A stretch of DNA of 64,000 bases from Eledone cirrhosa (Eukaryota), in contig CAXHJY010000510.1 of NCBI GenBank assembly GCA_964016885.1, positions 15,154 through 79,153 on the forward strand. Reading direction: 5' to 3'. The translations under genes were made by a program, and so were the position numbers. Positions 12,949 to 26,287 of the stretch are shown here, piece by piece. Within the stretch, counting starts at the first letter, position 1. Each line of letters starts with the position of its first letter. The notes below the pieces were generated by a model. It was given only the letters and a program-made list of their open reading frames with translations. It was not told the DNA's origin and did no database searches.

Positions 12949-13370
12949 TACATATGTACGTATGTGTTATATCGAACATTAATAATAATGTTCGATTCGT
13001 TTGTAAACAAACGGCCCGATTTGAATTTGAAGCTGTGCCGTGTCGGTGACCGATCGTCGCCAGTTTGTTCAACACTGGCTTTGAGGAGCAATCAACTTGT
13101 TTCTGGGTCATTACTCTTCCAGTCTGTTGAACGGTTGAAAATATATAGTATTTTCTTAAGTACACATCGGCTGAGTAGCCTCATTTGCATACCGAGCGAG
13201 TTACGGCTGGGCTTGCCGAATATTGAAAGTAAAATTAGAATTTTATTTCTCGCCCTAGCACAGCTGATACATAAATGTAAGTATGCACACGTACACACAC
13301 ACATATATACATATATACATATATACATACACATATATACATATACTGTACATATGTACACTTTATAAAA
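12815..13370 (-). mobile_element. Short PLE/retrozyme-like element, partial tandem (~420-bp period), HHR core deleted; same family as 40765-41290
   Basis: ttttatttctcgccctagcacagctgatacataaatg at ~12827 and ~13241; reverse complement matches 40765-41290. Confidence 0.7.
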
Positions 13371-13445
13371 GCTAACGCAATATTGTTAAACATTCAACTG
13401 ATACTTTGATCTATAGTTTAAGCCGATTCTAAACTTTTGCGGCAT

Positions 13446-13812
<367 letters not shown>

Positions 13813-14779
13813 ATTAGATTGTGTGTGTTCGTTATGTCAGTTGTTATAGAAATGTATGTATACTCACACACACATACACTCTCGCTTACACTCACACACA
13901 TATACTTGTCAGTCATCATATATGTATATCTGTATGTGTAGATATGTGTGTGTGTTTAATTCTCTGTGTGAAGGTAATGTGTATGCAACTTACTAAGGCC
14001 CAACGTACGTAACGAACGCGCAAACATACAAACACTCACAGACACATACACACTCATATACAAAATGTGACGTCGTCGTCATCGTGTTATAAAATGTCGT
14101 TTACTATAGTTGACTATAGATTTATTATTTTAGATAAAATGTTATATTGTTTTAATCCAAATGAAAATAAAAATTATATTTTGTTACTTCCGGGGTCTGA
14201 TACTATTACCTTGTAAAATTTGATTTGATTTGGTCGAGCCGTTTGAGAATGTATAAGGAAAAGACAGACAGACAGAGAAAAGAGACGAAGAATTTTATAT
14301 AGAGAGAGATTAGTTAAGGTTAGGGTTTCTAAGTTTCAACATGGTTGTGTTCTGGAGATTCTTTACTCCAACTAATTAAGTATCGTAAACGTTAAGTTAA
14401 TCGTTAGATAGTTTCAGTTTTACTATGGATTGTAGTATGTTAATAGTAGTAGAGTGTTTTAATTCACCATATTCAAGAGTTATATCTAGTTGTGGATATG
14501 TAAGGTTAAGTTTCTCCATACCTGCACAGCCACCACACTCTAACCATTCTTAAACTGACTCTTGAAGCTAATGTCTCGCTTTTGTTCTCGAAAAGGTTTG
14601 TTTGAAAAAAACTTTTAAGGAAACCTTTTCGTTTTTCTTGTGAAGAAAATCTAAAGTTGTTTAGGATTTCTCAAGATATCGTAGTTTCTTGAGTATTCTT
14701 GCTATCTCTCGCTATTTTTGTTATTGTTGTCATTGATATATGCGTTAAGAACCTATGTTAAATATTGATATGGAAAAAT

Positions 14780-14924
14780 AAACTCTGATGATACCGACTT
14801 TGAACCAACTCCAGAGGGTCAAGTTATAAAACTTTATTTTAAAACTGTTTTTAATTTTGAGGGTTTTTTACTACATTTCTATGACCCAGGAACGAAGTTT
14901 AGGTCAGCTGAAACATGTCAGTTT
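14780..14924 (+). ncRNA. Type I hammerhead ribozyme with extended stem II, in a PLE-like pLTR remnant (14310-15060)
   Basis: aaact CTGATGA ... GAAAC at GTC agttt; stem I aaact/agttt; partial antisense copy at ~31175-31220. Confidence 0.75.
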
Positions 14925-15068
14925 GACAATGCATTAGTTCTTTGGTGTTTTTTAAATTAGTCTATAACAGTTCTGCGTGAACACCATTGCATTGAGCCTT
15001 TAACCATCTGGTAAAACAGTTTTGATACTTCATTTAATAATAATATTATGATTATCATTACTATTATA

Positions 15069-15591
15069 TACGAGGGCAATCCCAAAAGTAAGGTCTCCAA
15101 AGCGATGGGGACGCAGAGAAACTGTTCGTACGGCTGTTGACAACACTGTTGTGATTGGTGCTTCCTTCACTCCCAAACAAGCATGCGCGCGCTTCGCTGG
15201 GATGCTCAATCTTGGCTTGGCAGCCGTTGAGAATGGAGCTCCCGTTGAACGCTACCGCCAAGTTGCGAAAATCGCAGTTATTCGGTTTTTGAATGCAAAA
15301 GGCGTTGAACCGATTGAAATTCATCGCCAATTTACGGAAGAATATGGACAGTCGTGCATGGATGTCAAAAACGTTCGCAAGTGGTGTAGAGAGTTTACAG
15401 CCGGTCGTACTGGAATTCACGACGAACAAAGGTGCGGGAGACCGTCAATTTCCGACGAGACAGTCGCAATTTTTCCGTTAAAATCCTGTGGATGGTGCTT
15501 CGTGAAACCTCAGGAACCAAAATGCAGAGAGCATCCAGAGTGATCCACCGATCTTTACGCATTTTTTCCTCAACCTTTGCGACTGTCTCGT

Positions 15592-15592
<1 letters not shown>
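15069..15592 (+). mobile_element. Tc1/mariner 5' fragment (left TIR and HTH region) with an inverted continuation
   Basis: TA|CGAGGG... terminus; [31 protein letters not shown]; 15470-15592 reads [29 protein letters not shown] on the minus strand. Confidence 0.85.
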
Positions 15593-15642
<50 letters not shown>

Positions 15643-15646
<4 letters not shown>

Positions 15647-16214
15647 TATGTACACGTACATACATATATGTATACAGACGCACAGTAGCATGTATATATA
15701 TATATATAAATACATGCACACATATATATATATGTACGTATGGATTCACCGAACATTTATTATAATGCTCGGTGTGTTTGTAAACAAACATCCCGCATTA
15801 AGCCGTAGTGTATAGCAACCATCGTTGCTCGTTTGTTCAACTCTGACAAAGGAACGCTGTACTAGTTTCAAGCTTATTAGCTATCGTCAGCAACGTATAC
15901 ATTCCTGCCAGATTGTTGAACATATATACTTACCTTATGCATATTAACGGCAGAGTAGCCCAATTTGCATATCGAGTGGGTTAATCGGCCGGGTGCACCG
16001 AAAACGATAAACGGAAAAAAAGAAACGAAATTTCGTTGCTGACGATAGCTAATAAGCTTGAAACTAGTACAGCGTTCCTTTGTCAGTGTTGAACAAACGA
16101 GCAACGATGGTTGCTAGACACTACGGCTTATTACAGGATGTTTGTTTACAAACACACCGAGCATTATAATAAATGTTCGGTGAATCCATACGTACATATA
16201 TATATGTCTGCATG

Positions 16215-16296
<82 letters not shown>

Positions 16297-16342
16297 CTAC
16301 TGTACGTCTGTATACATATATGTATGTACGTGTACATACTTA
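15643..16342. repeat. Fold-back short element with ~250-bp inverted arms, related to the 12815/40765 family
   Basis: 15643-15895 is the reverse complement of 16034-16342; the spacer has gagtagcccaatttgcat, similar to gagtagcctcatttgcat near 13172. Confidence 0.85.
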
Positions 16343-16398
16343 TATTTAAGTAACAGCCGTACTAAGAGTGGGAAATGAAATTTCGTTTCATTTTTTCC

Positions 16399-16437
<39 letters not shown>

Positions 16438-16983
16438 TTTCAACAATGTCAGTATTCCGTGTGTCATAATTCTCGATTATCATTGGTTCATAAATTTCAA
16501 GCGACTCCGCCCACCTCAATGACGCCAAACTTAAATTAATATGCATAATGCCAATGAGGAGGTGAGAGGGGAGAGTAAGAAATAGAGAGGCAAAGTGAAC
16601 GCTGTGTTGGATCACTATGTATATGTGTCAGTGTAGAGACGTGTGTGTATGGAAATAAGAGGGGAAGGAAAGCAATAACTATTAACATGTGTGCGTGTGT
16701 ATGTACGTGCGCGTATGTTTATGTGTGTGTGTGCGTGCGTGCAGCGTTCCACAGAAAGTAAAAACTATCAACATGTGTGAGTGTGTAAGTTTGCGTGCGT
16801 GTGCGCGTTTCCATGCGTGTATGTGTGTGGCGTTCCACAATCGCCACGCAGTTTATCTGTCTGTGTGCCTGTCTGTCAGTCTAACATACACAGAGTTGTG
16901 AAGGGAGTAAATAGGGACCTTTTTTTACATTGACGGACATCTTTTATATTTATTATTGTGTCGTTTTTTGACAATTGCTCAAA

Positions 16984-19900
16984 ATGAATACTGATAATAA
17001 AAGCAATTTGACTTTATCAAACAGTGAACTACAGCGGCGACGGCGTGCAGCCAGCAATGAAGAAAAACGGGCCGAACAGCTCCATCGGAACGCCGAACTT
17101 CAGAGGCGAAGACGTGCCGCCATGAATGAAGGGGAGCTGGCTGAACAACGCCAACGAAACACGGCGTGCTGCGATGGTTGAAGACGAACTGGCTGAGCAT
17201 CATCAGCAGATGGCCAGAATTCAGCAGCAACGGCGTGCTGCAAGGGATGAAGAAGAGCTGGCTGAACAGCGCCAGCGCAATACAGAAGTTCAGAGAATGT
17301 GCCGCCAAAGTGCTCCTCATTCCAGTAAAGAGGCTAGAAGGCGAACGGATGATATTAAAAATGGATCATGGCAACCGTGTCATTTTCAGATTGGTGGACG
17401 AGCAGAGTGTCCACATTGTGGAGCATTGCTTTGGAGGCACGAAAAGACGTGGACCACAATGTGCTGTCATAAAGGAGCAGTTCAACTAGAACTCTTGCGA
17501 ATGCCGGATGATGAGGAGTCACTGGAGTTTAAAATACTAAGTATGTGGGGTGATCAAGGAGACCGAGGTAGATTACTGCGCAAATATTCGCGGCAAATTA
17601 ACAATTCATTAGCTTTAGCATCGCAGAGAGTTAGTGAGATGTTTGAGAGTGGAGCATGGCAACCGAATGTAGTCATTCAAGGCCGTTTGTATCATTGTAT
17701 CGGTAATTTAGAAGTTACTCCAGGAGAGAGGCCTCGATTCGCTCAAATTTACGTTAACGATCCAGATTATAGTGAATCGGAGGGGGATATCAGAATCGGT
17801 TGGATGAAGTTGCCGGGAAATATAACTGAACTTGAACGGCAAAGGTTAAGTGATTTGATCCGTGATTTGCAATCATGGCTCAGACAGTGTAATCCTTATG
17901 TTGTGGATTTCATGTTGGTGGCTGAACTGCAAAATGTTCAGCAGCAAACATTGGTGATTAAGGCTGACACAGTGCCAAGGAATCAACACGAACAGCGATA
18001 TAATGCCTTTGAAGGATTTCGTGAAGTTGCTGAGTTGATGGACGATAAGCCTGGATCGAGAGATATCGTCCTCAATCGCAGAGATGGTGGTCTCAAGACT
18101 GAAAGTTCAATCCCACTTTTGGTGACATCAATCATTTCGATTCGCGACTTTTACGCGAACGACAGGAATCAGCAGATTGTTCCAGGAATACTGTTGTATG
18201 GCATTCGCAAAGATCGAAAATCAAAGGCTAAATTATATAGCTACACATCAGCAACATATCAGAGCTGAATTGTATAATAATATACAGGATGCGATAACAG
18301 CCGATGAAGCCAATTACAAGCAAATTGGTCGACGCATCATTTTGCCATCGTCGTTCATCGGCGGCCCGAGATATATGAACATTCGCTATCAGGATGCAAT
18401 GGCTATTGTCAGAAAGTTTGGAAAGCCAGATTTGTTTATAACGGTTACATGCAATCTTGAATGGACTGATATTAAGGATGCACTTTTGTCAGGACAACAG
18501 CCAAAGGACCGTCCTGATATTGTGGCAAGAGTATTCAAAGGATATTTGAAAAAGATAATGGATGATGTGGAAAAAGAGGGAATCTTTAGAAGTATAGTTG
18601 CTTTTACATACGTAATTGAATTCCAAAAAAGAGGATTGCCACATGCACATTTGCTGATCATTTTACATAGAGATTGCAAATTGAGATGTGCTGAGGATGT
18701 CGACAGCATTGTGTGTGCTGAACTTCCGGAGAATGAGGCACTACGCAACTTGGTGGCAAAGTCAATGGTGCACAACCAATGCGGAGTGGCAAATCGGAAA
18801 GCGCCTTGCATGAAAAATAGCCAATGCAGTAAGCACTTTCCGAAATCTTTTGTCACGAACACATCCTGGAACGATGGGGATGCTCATCCCTCATACAGAA
18901 GACAGTCGCCTGCCCATGGCGGTTTGGTCGAAAATGTAAACGGTCGACAGGTTACAAATCAATGGGTTGTGCCATACAATCCATATTTGATTATGAAATA
19001 TCGTTGTCATCTTAATGTGGAAATTTGTAGCTCAGTGAAAGCTTGCAAATATCTATTCAAATATGTTTACAAAGGTCATGATCGGGCAATGATCAATGTC
19101 AGGAATGAGGAAGCGAACCAATGAGATGAATTTGGCAGGTTCCAGGATGTTCGCTGGATTGGATCTAGCGAAGCTTGCTGGAGATTATTCGATTTTGATC
19201 TCAATGAACGCAAACCCAGCGTTCAGAAAGTTCACTTAGAGAATAGGCAAATGGTCTGTTTTCAGGACACTAGAAGAGGTGTCGAAAGAATTGCTAATGC
19301 ACCACTTCTTAAGAATTGACTGAGTGGTTCAAGCATAATAGGGAACATGCTTTGAACCCGGATCAAAGGCAACTCTACTGCGATTTCCCTTCGCACTATA
19401 CGTGGGATAAGAAGGGGAAGAAATGGAATGATAGAAAACAAAAGTTGAGATTCATGACTATTGGACGGGTTTGTAATGTCCATCCAGCATCTGGTAATGT
19501 GTTTTATTTCCGAATTCTGTTGCATAGTGATTTTTCGAGAAGTAAACATAGCTTCGCTGATTTGAAAACAATCAATGGCATGGAATATGAAACATACCAG
19601 GCTGTGTGTCAGCATCTGGGACTCCTTCAGGATGACGCTGAATGGAATAACGCTATGGAAGCAACAGGAACAACACTGATGCCAGCTCAAATAAGACAGT
19701 TGTTTGTCACGATTCTAGGATTCTGCAATCCTGCCGATCCAAGAGAGTTATTTGAACGCCATTGGGGAATTATGGCTGATGATTTTAGGCATCATCTTCA
19801 GGTCGATGATGAAAATTTGATGAAAGCTATTGTTTTGCTCAATATTGAGCAACTGCTTGAAGTTCATTTCAAATGTTTAACAGATTTCAATTTGCCAATT

Positions 19901-21394
19901 CCTGATGAAGAAATGCGGCAACGTGTCTTAGCATTGAACATGAGATTGCAGCTTAGACGGTTGCCACTCGATCGGAGGGAACTATTCCAGTTTGATCCAC
20001 TGGAACAGCAACGTATTGTGGATGAACGTATGCCAATGTTTACCCAATCTCAGAGAGAATTGGTCGATGGCGTTCTCCACTCGATTTCCACTAATGAGCA
20101 ACTTTGTGCTTTCATAGATGCTCCAGGAGGCACCAGAAAGACATTCTGTTTCAACACTATGTTATCGGCAGTCAGAGCTCTGAGGAAGATTGCTCTCTCT
20201 GTGGCCACCAGTGGGATCGCTGGCACTTTGCTGAGTAGTGGAAGGACCTTCCACTCATGCTTCAAGGCTCCATTGGCTCCGGATGAGTTGAGTGTCTGTA
20301 ACATTACAGGACAAAGTGAGATCGCGGGCCTTATACGCAATACGTCTCTGATTATTTGGGATAAGGCTCCAATGGCACACAGATATTTGCTGGAGGCATT
20401 GGACAGAACTTTGAGAGATATCTGCGGTAGTGACCTGCCATTCGGTGGTAAGACTATCGTTCTTGGTGGCGATTTCAGACAGGTGCTACCAATTGTTAGG
20501 AATGCTCAAAGAGCGGAAATTGTCGATTTCAGTTTTGCCATTTCAGTTTTGCGATTACACGATAATATGCGACTTCGCATGTTCGGGCAAAACGAAGAGG
20601 CTGAGACATACGGCCGATGGTTGATGCAGTTGGGAAAAGATGAATTGCCACACATTGGTGATAATCAGACTGTAAGAATCCCAGACCATTTGGTCATGCC
20701 ACTGGACCGCCAAGCATTGATTGACTGGGTGTTCTCTAATTTGAATGTTTTTTGGCAGAATATCTCCTGGATATCGGAACGCGTTATTCTAACTCATACG
20801 AATGCAACGGTCGATGAAATAAATTCACAAGAAGCCAGAATGTTTCCTGGAGAGGAATGGTTAACCGTCAGTGCGGATACAATGGAGCCTAATCAACAGA
20901 ACAATATGGATGTTCCGACTGAGTATCTGAATTCACTTCAAATACCCGGATTTCCCCCACATATTTTGAGGTTGAAAAGGGGTATGCCGATTATATTGCT
21001 TAGAAATATCAATCATAAAATGGGTCTTTGCAATGGTACCAGATTGATTGTTGAGAGATTGATTAACGGAAGAGTTTTAGAAGCTAAACTCCCAGGCAGA
21101 GAGGAATCGGTTCTCATTCCGAGGATCATGCTGAGACCAAGTGAAGATCTGCTGCCATTCATTTGGCAAAGGAGACAGTTTCCCGTCAATTTGGCCTTCT
21201 CCATGACTGTCAACAAGGCACAGGGACAGACTTTCAAGCGAGTTGGTGTCTACTTGAATGATCCAGCATTCAGCCATCGGCAACTGTATGTTGCTGCATC
21301 TCGAGTGTGCGATCCTGATGGTATAAAATTTGCAATTGATACCACTAACAGAGGAACAACCCTAAATATTGTCTATAATGAAGCTTTGAGCTAA
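16984..21394 (+). pseudogene. Helitron RepHel (zinc finger, HUH Rep, PIF1 helicase), disrupted
   Basis: CPHCGA..MCC; PDLFITVTCN, EFQKRGLPHAHLL, YLFKYVYKG; DAPGGTRKT, WDKAPM, GGDFRQVLP, MTVNKAQGQT, QLYVAASRV. Frameshifts near 17170 and 18100-18180, stop at 19122, mutated Walker A/B. Confidence 0.95.
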
Positions 21395-21945
21395 TGTATG
21401 CATATCTTTAATGCTATCAATAAGCGACGTAAATGATTCAGACATTGTTGTCCTTTGATCAGTATTGTGAGCTTTGACAGAGTTATCATTTATGTTCAAT
21501 GTCATTTAATGTCGTTATGAGCAATAAATACCAACAAGTATTGGTAGAAATTGCCTTCAAATTTATCGCTTCTGATTGCGGTGGTAATAAAACCTCATCA
21601 TATGCTGAGTCTGGTAAAAAGGTTGGATCTTATGGCCGGCCAGGGCTAGAGTAATATTGAAAAACGATTCTATTTTCGAAGTAGAAGGATCCGCCATTTG
21701 GAGTTCAAACCAGGTCACCTCCTCGAGTTGAACTCTGGGCACATTGACTGTTTATTACTCAGTGGCTAAGAGCCTGGAAATTACTGAATAAATTTTTGTG
21801 TCATATAATTTGTTGTTTTATTATTATAGCTGACCACTTATAGATAAGCATGTTATCCATATCCATATTAATTTGGCATTTGTATAAACCATTTCAAGTA
21901 AATAGGGACCTTTTTTACATTGACGGACATCTTTTACATTAATTA

Positions 21946-22294
21946 TCTATATCTATATCTACATATAATATAAAAGATTGGAACTTCCATCATCCTTTTG
22001 AGAAACGTGGAACAACCACGTCTATGCAATGATACACGTTTCACAGTCAGGCAGAAGATGAACCATCTGCTAGAGGTCACTATCCTAGAATTGTTCATAT
22101 ACTATGCACAAACGGTACAACGAAGAATCTGGTATATCTGGAAGATTTTTTTTACTGTTTTTTTTTTGTATCACACAGACACCACGGACTCGCTTCATAC
22201 TGTAACCAGAGAAACATCCAATACAGTCATTTTCTCTTTTACCTGTCTTCTCTTATCATCTGTTTACCCGGGCGAAGCTGGGTACGTCAGCTAG
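21946..22294 (+). mobile_element. Short non-autonomous Helitron with a PIF1 fragment
   Basis: A|TCTATATC 5' end; LRNVEQPRLCNDTRFTV; acccgggcgaagctgggt hairpin then CTAG|T. Confidence 0.85.
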
Positions 22295-22617
22295 TATATA
22301 TATATATAGTTACATTATAACGATATTTCACATTTCATCTGGCCACTATTGATTTCTCCAATCAATTGGTCCACGTTTTCAATAAGGTTGTTCGAAAACG
22401 TATTGAGAACGAGGGTGTTCTATCATGTTTTAGCTACGGCGTTATTTTAACACAAGTTGAGGCATGAGTAACACAAGAACCCGATACTAACACGATCAGA
22501 TGACGTATAATATCGTTCTAAGGCAACTATAACTCTTCAACAGTATAAACACAGTTTATTACTTTGAATACATATCGCAACACACAAGCACACACACACC
22601 TCCACACACACACACAT

Positions 22618-22649
<32 letters not shown>

Positions 22650-22980
22650 GCGCGCATTCTCTCTCACACACACACACACACACACTCACTCACTCACACA
22701 CTCACTCACACACTCACACACTCACACACTCACACTCACACACACTCACTCACTCACTCACTCCCATACACACTCACTCACACACAGTCACTCACACACT
22801 CACACACACTCACTCACACACACACACACACACACTCACACACTCACTCACACACTCACACACTCACACACACTCACACACACTCACACACTCACACACT
22901 CACACACTCACTCACACACTGACACACACACACACATACATACACATTCATACACACACATTCTCTCTCTCTCACACACA

Positions 22981-23493
22981 TCTATATATATAAAACTGAG
23001 GATGTCTGTGTGCGTGTGTGAATTTGAATCCCTAAAGCTCGAGAAGCACCCAACCCACTGTTTTCAAACTTTATACATGTAATACTTATGTTTCAGGGAG
23101 TGTTCTGAGCAGAAAAAAGTTCAAATGTTCAATGCCCTAGTGACCGCATTAGGCGATTTAGCGATCTCTCTCTATAATTCTTAGTCTCTCCCTTTTTAGA
23201 TAGATACATACATATAACGTCGTGCCCTTATAATATCTGTCTGTATGTCTGTCTGTCTGCTGCCTCCTGTTATTCTGCCACCCTTGCTCAAGACAAATCT
23301 CACACTCATTCCCCAAACAGTTAGTAAGTGCACACAACTTCTTCCTCACGTTTTAAGCCACAGTGTTGCTTACTTACGTACCACCAGACCCTTACTTCTT
23401 TGCCAGCCGTGGTTGTGGCAATACTAAGCTTAGCTAAGGCGGTTATATATTTCACAATACCTTATCCCGTGCAACGCCGGGTACCACTGCTAG
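22981..23493 (+). mobile_element. Non-autonomous Helitron
   Basis: A|TCTATATATATAAAA ... cccgtgcaacgccggg taccactg CTAG|T. Confidence 0.88.
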
Positions 23494-23877
23494 TAATATA
23501 TAAAACTCAATATATACATGTATGTTCCAAGTTGTAGGCCCCTATTTTGCTGAAATCTTTCACAAGTGCACATCTTTTCGAGGAATATGTCATAGAATAT
23601 GTCACGTTTTGATGATTTAATAAAAGCAAAGAATATATACTTATAATAAAAGGAAATTACTTTAGTAATGAACAAAGAAACGAATTGTATTTTGAATAGA
23701 TATTCAATGCCTTTCTGTGTCTCTCTGTCTGTCTGTCTGTCTGTCTGACGGTCAGTCAGGCTGTCTGACAGTCTATCAGTCCATCTGTCCGTTTGCCTGT
23801 CTGACTATGTGTACATATGTATGAATTTATGTATTATGTATGTATGTGTATGTATATATATATATATATATATATAT

Positions 23878-24291
23878 GTAGGAGGTGAGTTTTATTGTAG
23901 TACAATAAAGCAATGCAGATATCGGATAAGAAGCACTCTACGGTTTGTGGGACTGGAGTATGCATAATATAAGATCAAAAGATGGTTAAAGGAGTTCCAT
24001 ATATTTTATTATGCGCATTTCAAAAACAAACATCATCAAGCAATAATATTTGTGTTTTCATCAGATAAAACAGGAGAACATGATATGAAGGCTAAAAAAC
24101 ACTTGTGGATAGTGCAGTTTTAAATCAACATATATTGATTTAAAACTGCACTATCCACAAGTGTTTTTTAGCCTTCATATCATGTTCTCCTGTTTTATCT
24201 GATGAAAACACAAATATTATTGCTTGATGATGTTTGTTTTTGAAATGCGCATAATAAAATATATGGAACTCCTTTAACCATCTTTTGATCT

Positions 24292-24298
<7 letters not shown>
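23878..24298. mobile_element. HHR-bearing fold-back element between (TA)n runs
   Basis: Near-perfect ~165-bp arms (23965-24128 / 24135-24298); related fragments at 24660-24900 and 30580-30745. Confidence 0.85.
24193..24259 (+). ncRNA. Type I hammerhead ribozyme; mirror copy on the minus strand at 24004-24070
   Basis: ttttat CTGATGA aaacac...gttttt GAAA tgcgc ATA ataaaa; palindromic stem III ATGCGCAT. Confidence 0.8.
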
Positions 24299-24371
<73 letters not shown>

Positions 24372-24374
<3 letters not shown>

Positions 24375-24569
24375 GAAGGAAATGTGGTAAGGAACCAAGT
24401 GGACCATAATGCACCAAAGTACTCAATACTTAGGGTAGTAGAGTGGGTAATAGGAATGAGTAGGACCCCGACGGCTGAGCTCAAGCCGTTTCGACGGCTA
24501 ATTCTGGACTCTGCGTCCAGAATTAGCCGTCGAAACGGCTTGATCTCAGCCGTCGGGGTCCTACTCGTT

Positions 24570-24572
<3 letters not shown>
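24372..24572. mobile_element. Short fold-back element with an HHR 3' half; second copy at 36312-36500
   Basis: cagaattagccgtc GAAAC ggct..agcc GTC gggg; inverted about ~24512; flanked by (TA)n. Confidence 0.75.
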
Positions 24573-24654
<82 letters not shown>

Positions 24655-24659
24655 AATGA

Positions 24660-25600
24660 GTTATATGGTTTGTTGATTATCAGTCAACAAAGTTAATTTT
24701 ATAACAGATTTGAAGCACTCTACAGTTTATCTGGAGTATTATTAATATTAACAATATTATAAAGTTATTTTCCATTTATTAATATTAACAATATTAACAA
24801 TGGAAAATAACTTTATAATAGCATATTTATTTTATTATACGCACTTCAAGGAGACAAAATTTTAGTGTGCTTTCATCAGATAAAATATAATATTTGGTCT
24901 TAAGATATTGACATACCTTAGCGTAGACTTAATAGTATAAACTCGCTAACGGCAGTGAGGTAAAAATTCAAAATCACGAAGGATATAAGTTAACAAGGAT
25001 ACATTAAAACAGAAAAGGCCCGTTATTATAGACGCTAGATAAATTTCGAAAAATAACGTATTTATACTGGTCGTGTGGCGGTCGTTTTGGTCTTTAAAAG
25101 ACAATAACACTAAGTATTCAATCTCTTGGAATAAAATCAGGGACGCTCCCGTATACCAAAATTCTTCAAATTTCCAAAATTTGTCAGCTTTCTACTGAAG
25201 AAATCTTTCATATAATTACTAATCCTGGTAATATTATTAACAAAAAGAAGGAGATATTTAATTCTTGTTTGCATAAATTTTCCAAGACCTTTCATAATCT
25301 CTATAAATGTTGTTTACCCACTTAACCACAAATATGATGCTCTGAAATCTTATCTAAGTTGTTTATTTACAATATAAATAATATAATAATAATTATAGAA
25401 CCTAATAGATCGAAGCATATCTTATTCAATGTTTATCGAAAACATACCTTGAAAGCAATACTTGTAACCTTATATAATTTAGAGTTATTCCCCATAGTTT
25501 GTTTACATAGTTAAAATTAACAAATACGTTTATATATTTACTCACATAATTATTATAATTAACCATATACATTTGTAGCTTATAATTTCCAGAAATCTCT
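24660..25600 (+). mobile_element. PLE (Naiad-like) 3' remnant with an inverted HHR-bearing pLTR piece
   Basis: Decayed W..I..A.Y...CQLSTEEIFHI...INKKKEIFNSCLHK at ~25120-25280; degenerate HHR on the minus strand at 24830-24885. Confidence 0.55.
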
Positions 25601-25704
25601 GTCATGGCAGTGCTACCGAGGAGCTTTGCCAGATCGAGATAAACTCTAGAGACATGGAAGTGCTGTCAACCGGGCCTGTCTGGGAAGTGTATATATATAT
25701 ATAT

Positions 25705-25779
<75 letters not shown>

Positions 25780-25784
<5 letters not shown>

Positions 25785-26270
25785 CTCGCTCTTCATCGCT
25801 ACTAATAACATGTAACCCTGTACAACCTGTGCATGATTGGGTCGTCGGCAACTAAACCGGGGACCCCACCAACTTGTTTGGTGAGAAGGGTGATTTTGGA
25901 CAACCTGCGGGATGAAAAACTCAGGAGTGTCAATGGCCATACAATAAAGTTTGTTTGGTTTTTGTGGAGCGAGAGTCTCCTAGTCTTCATTAAGACATTC
26001 CTCGAGGAGAAGGTCACTCTGATATAAAACCTTTGACTTTGATTGCATCCAGTGATGAAAGCCAGTTCTTTTTTGGATAGGTGCATTTGATGTTTAGAGA
26101 GTGATTTGGCACCCGTGGAAAGCCTTCCCTCACTTAAAAAAGCTTCAAGCAGAGGCATCGCTTCATATGTGACATTTCTTGCTAGCAGGACTAAAAAGCC
26201 ACGTCTGTGAGGCTCATGTTTAAGTATCAGGCGATGGTATTAATCGAAATTGTTTTGCAGCAGCCATCAT
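25780..26270 (+). repeat. Interspersed ~500-600-bp repeat (RTE 5'UTR/SINE-like); second copy at 44710-45316
   Basis: Shared blocks taacatgta.cc..gtacaacctg, accccaccaa, gtcaatggccat, ggagaagg...actctgatataa, ggactaaaaag, gcagcca.ca(TA)n. Confidence 0.6.
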
Positions 26271-26287
26271 ATATATATATATATATA

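Noticed and set aside
21633-21650. RepHel 3' terminus (tggccggcca ggg CTAG)
   Set aside because: Hairpin too close to CTAG, and CTAG is followed by A rather than T.
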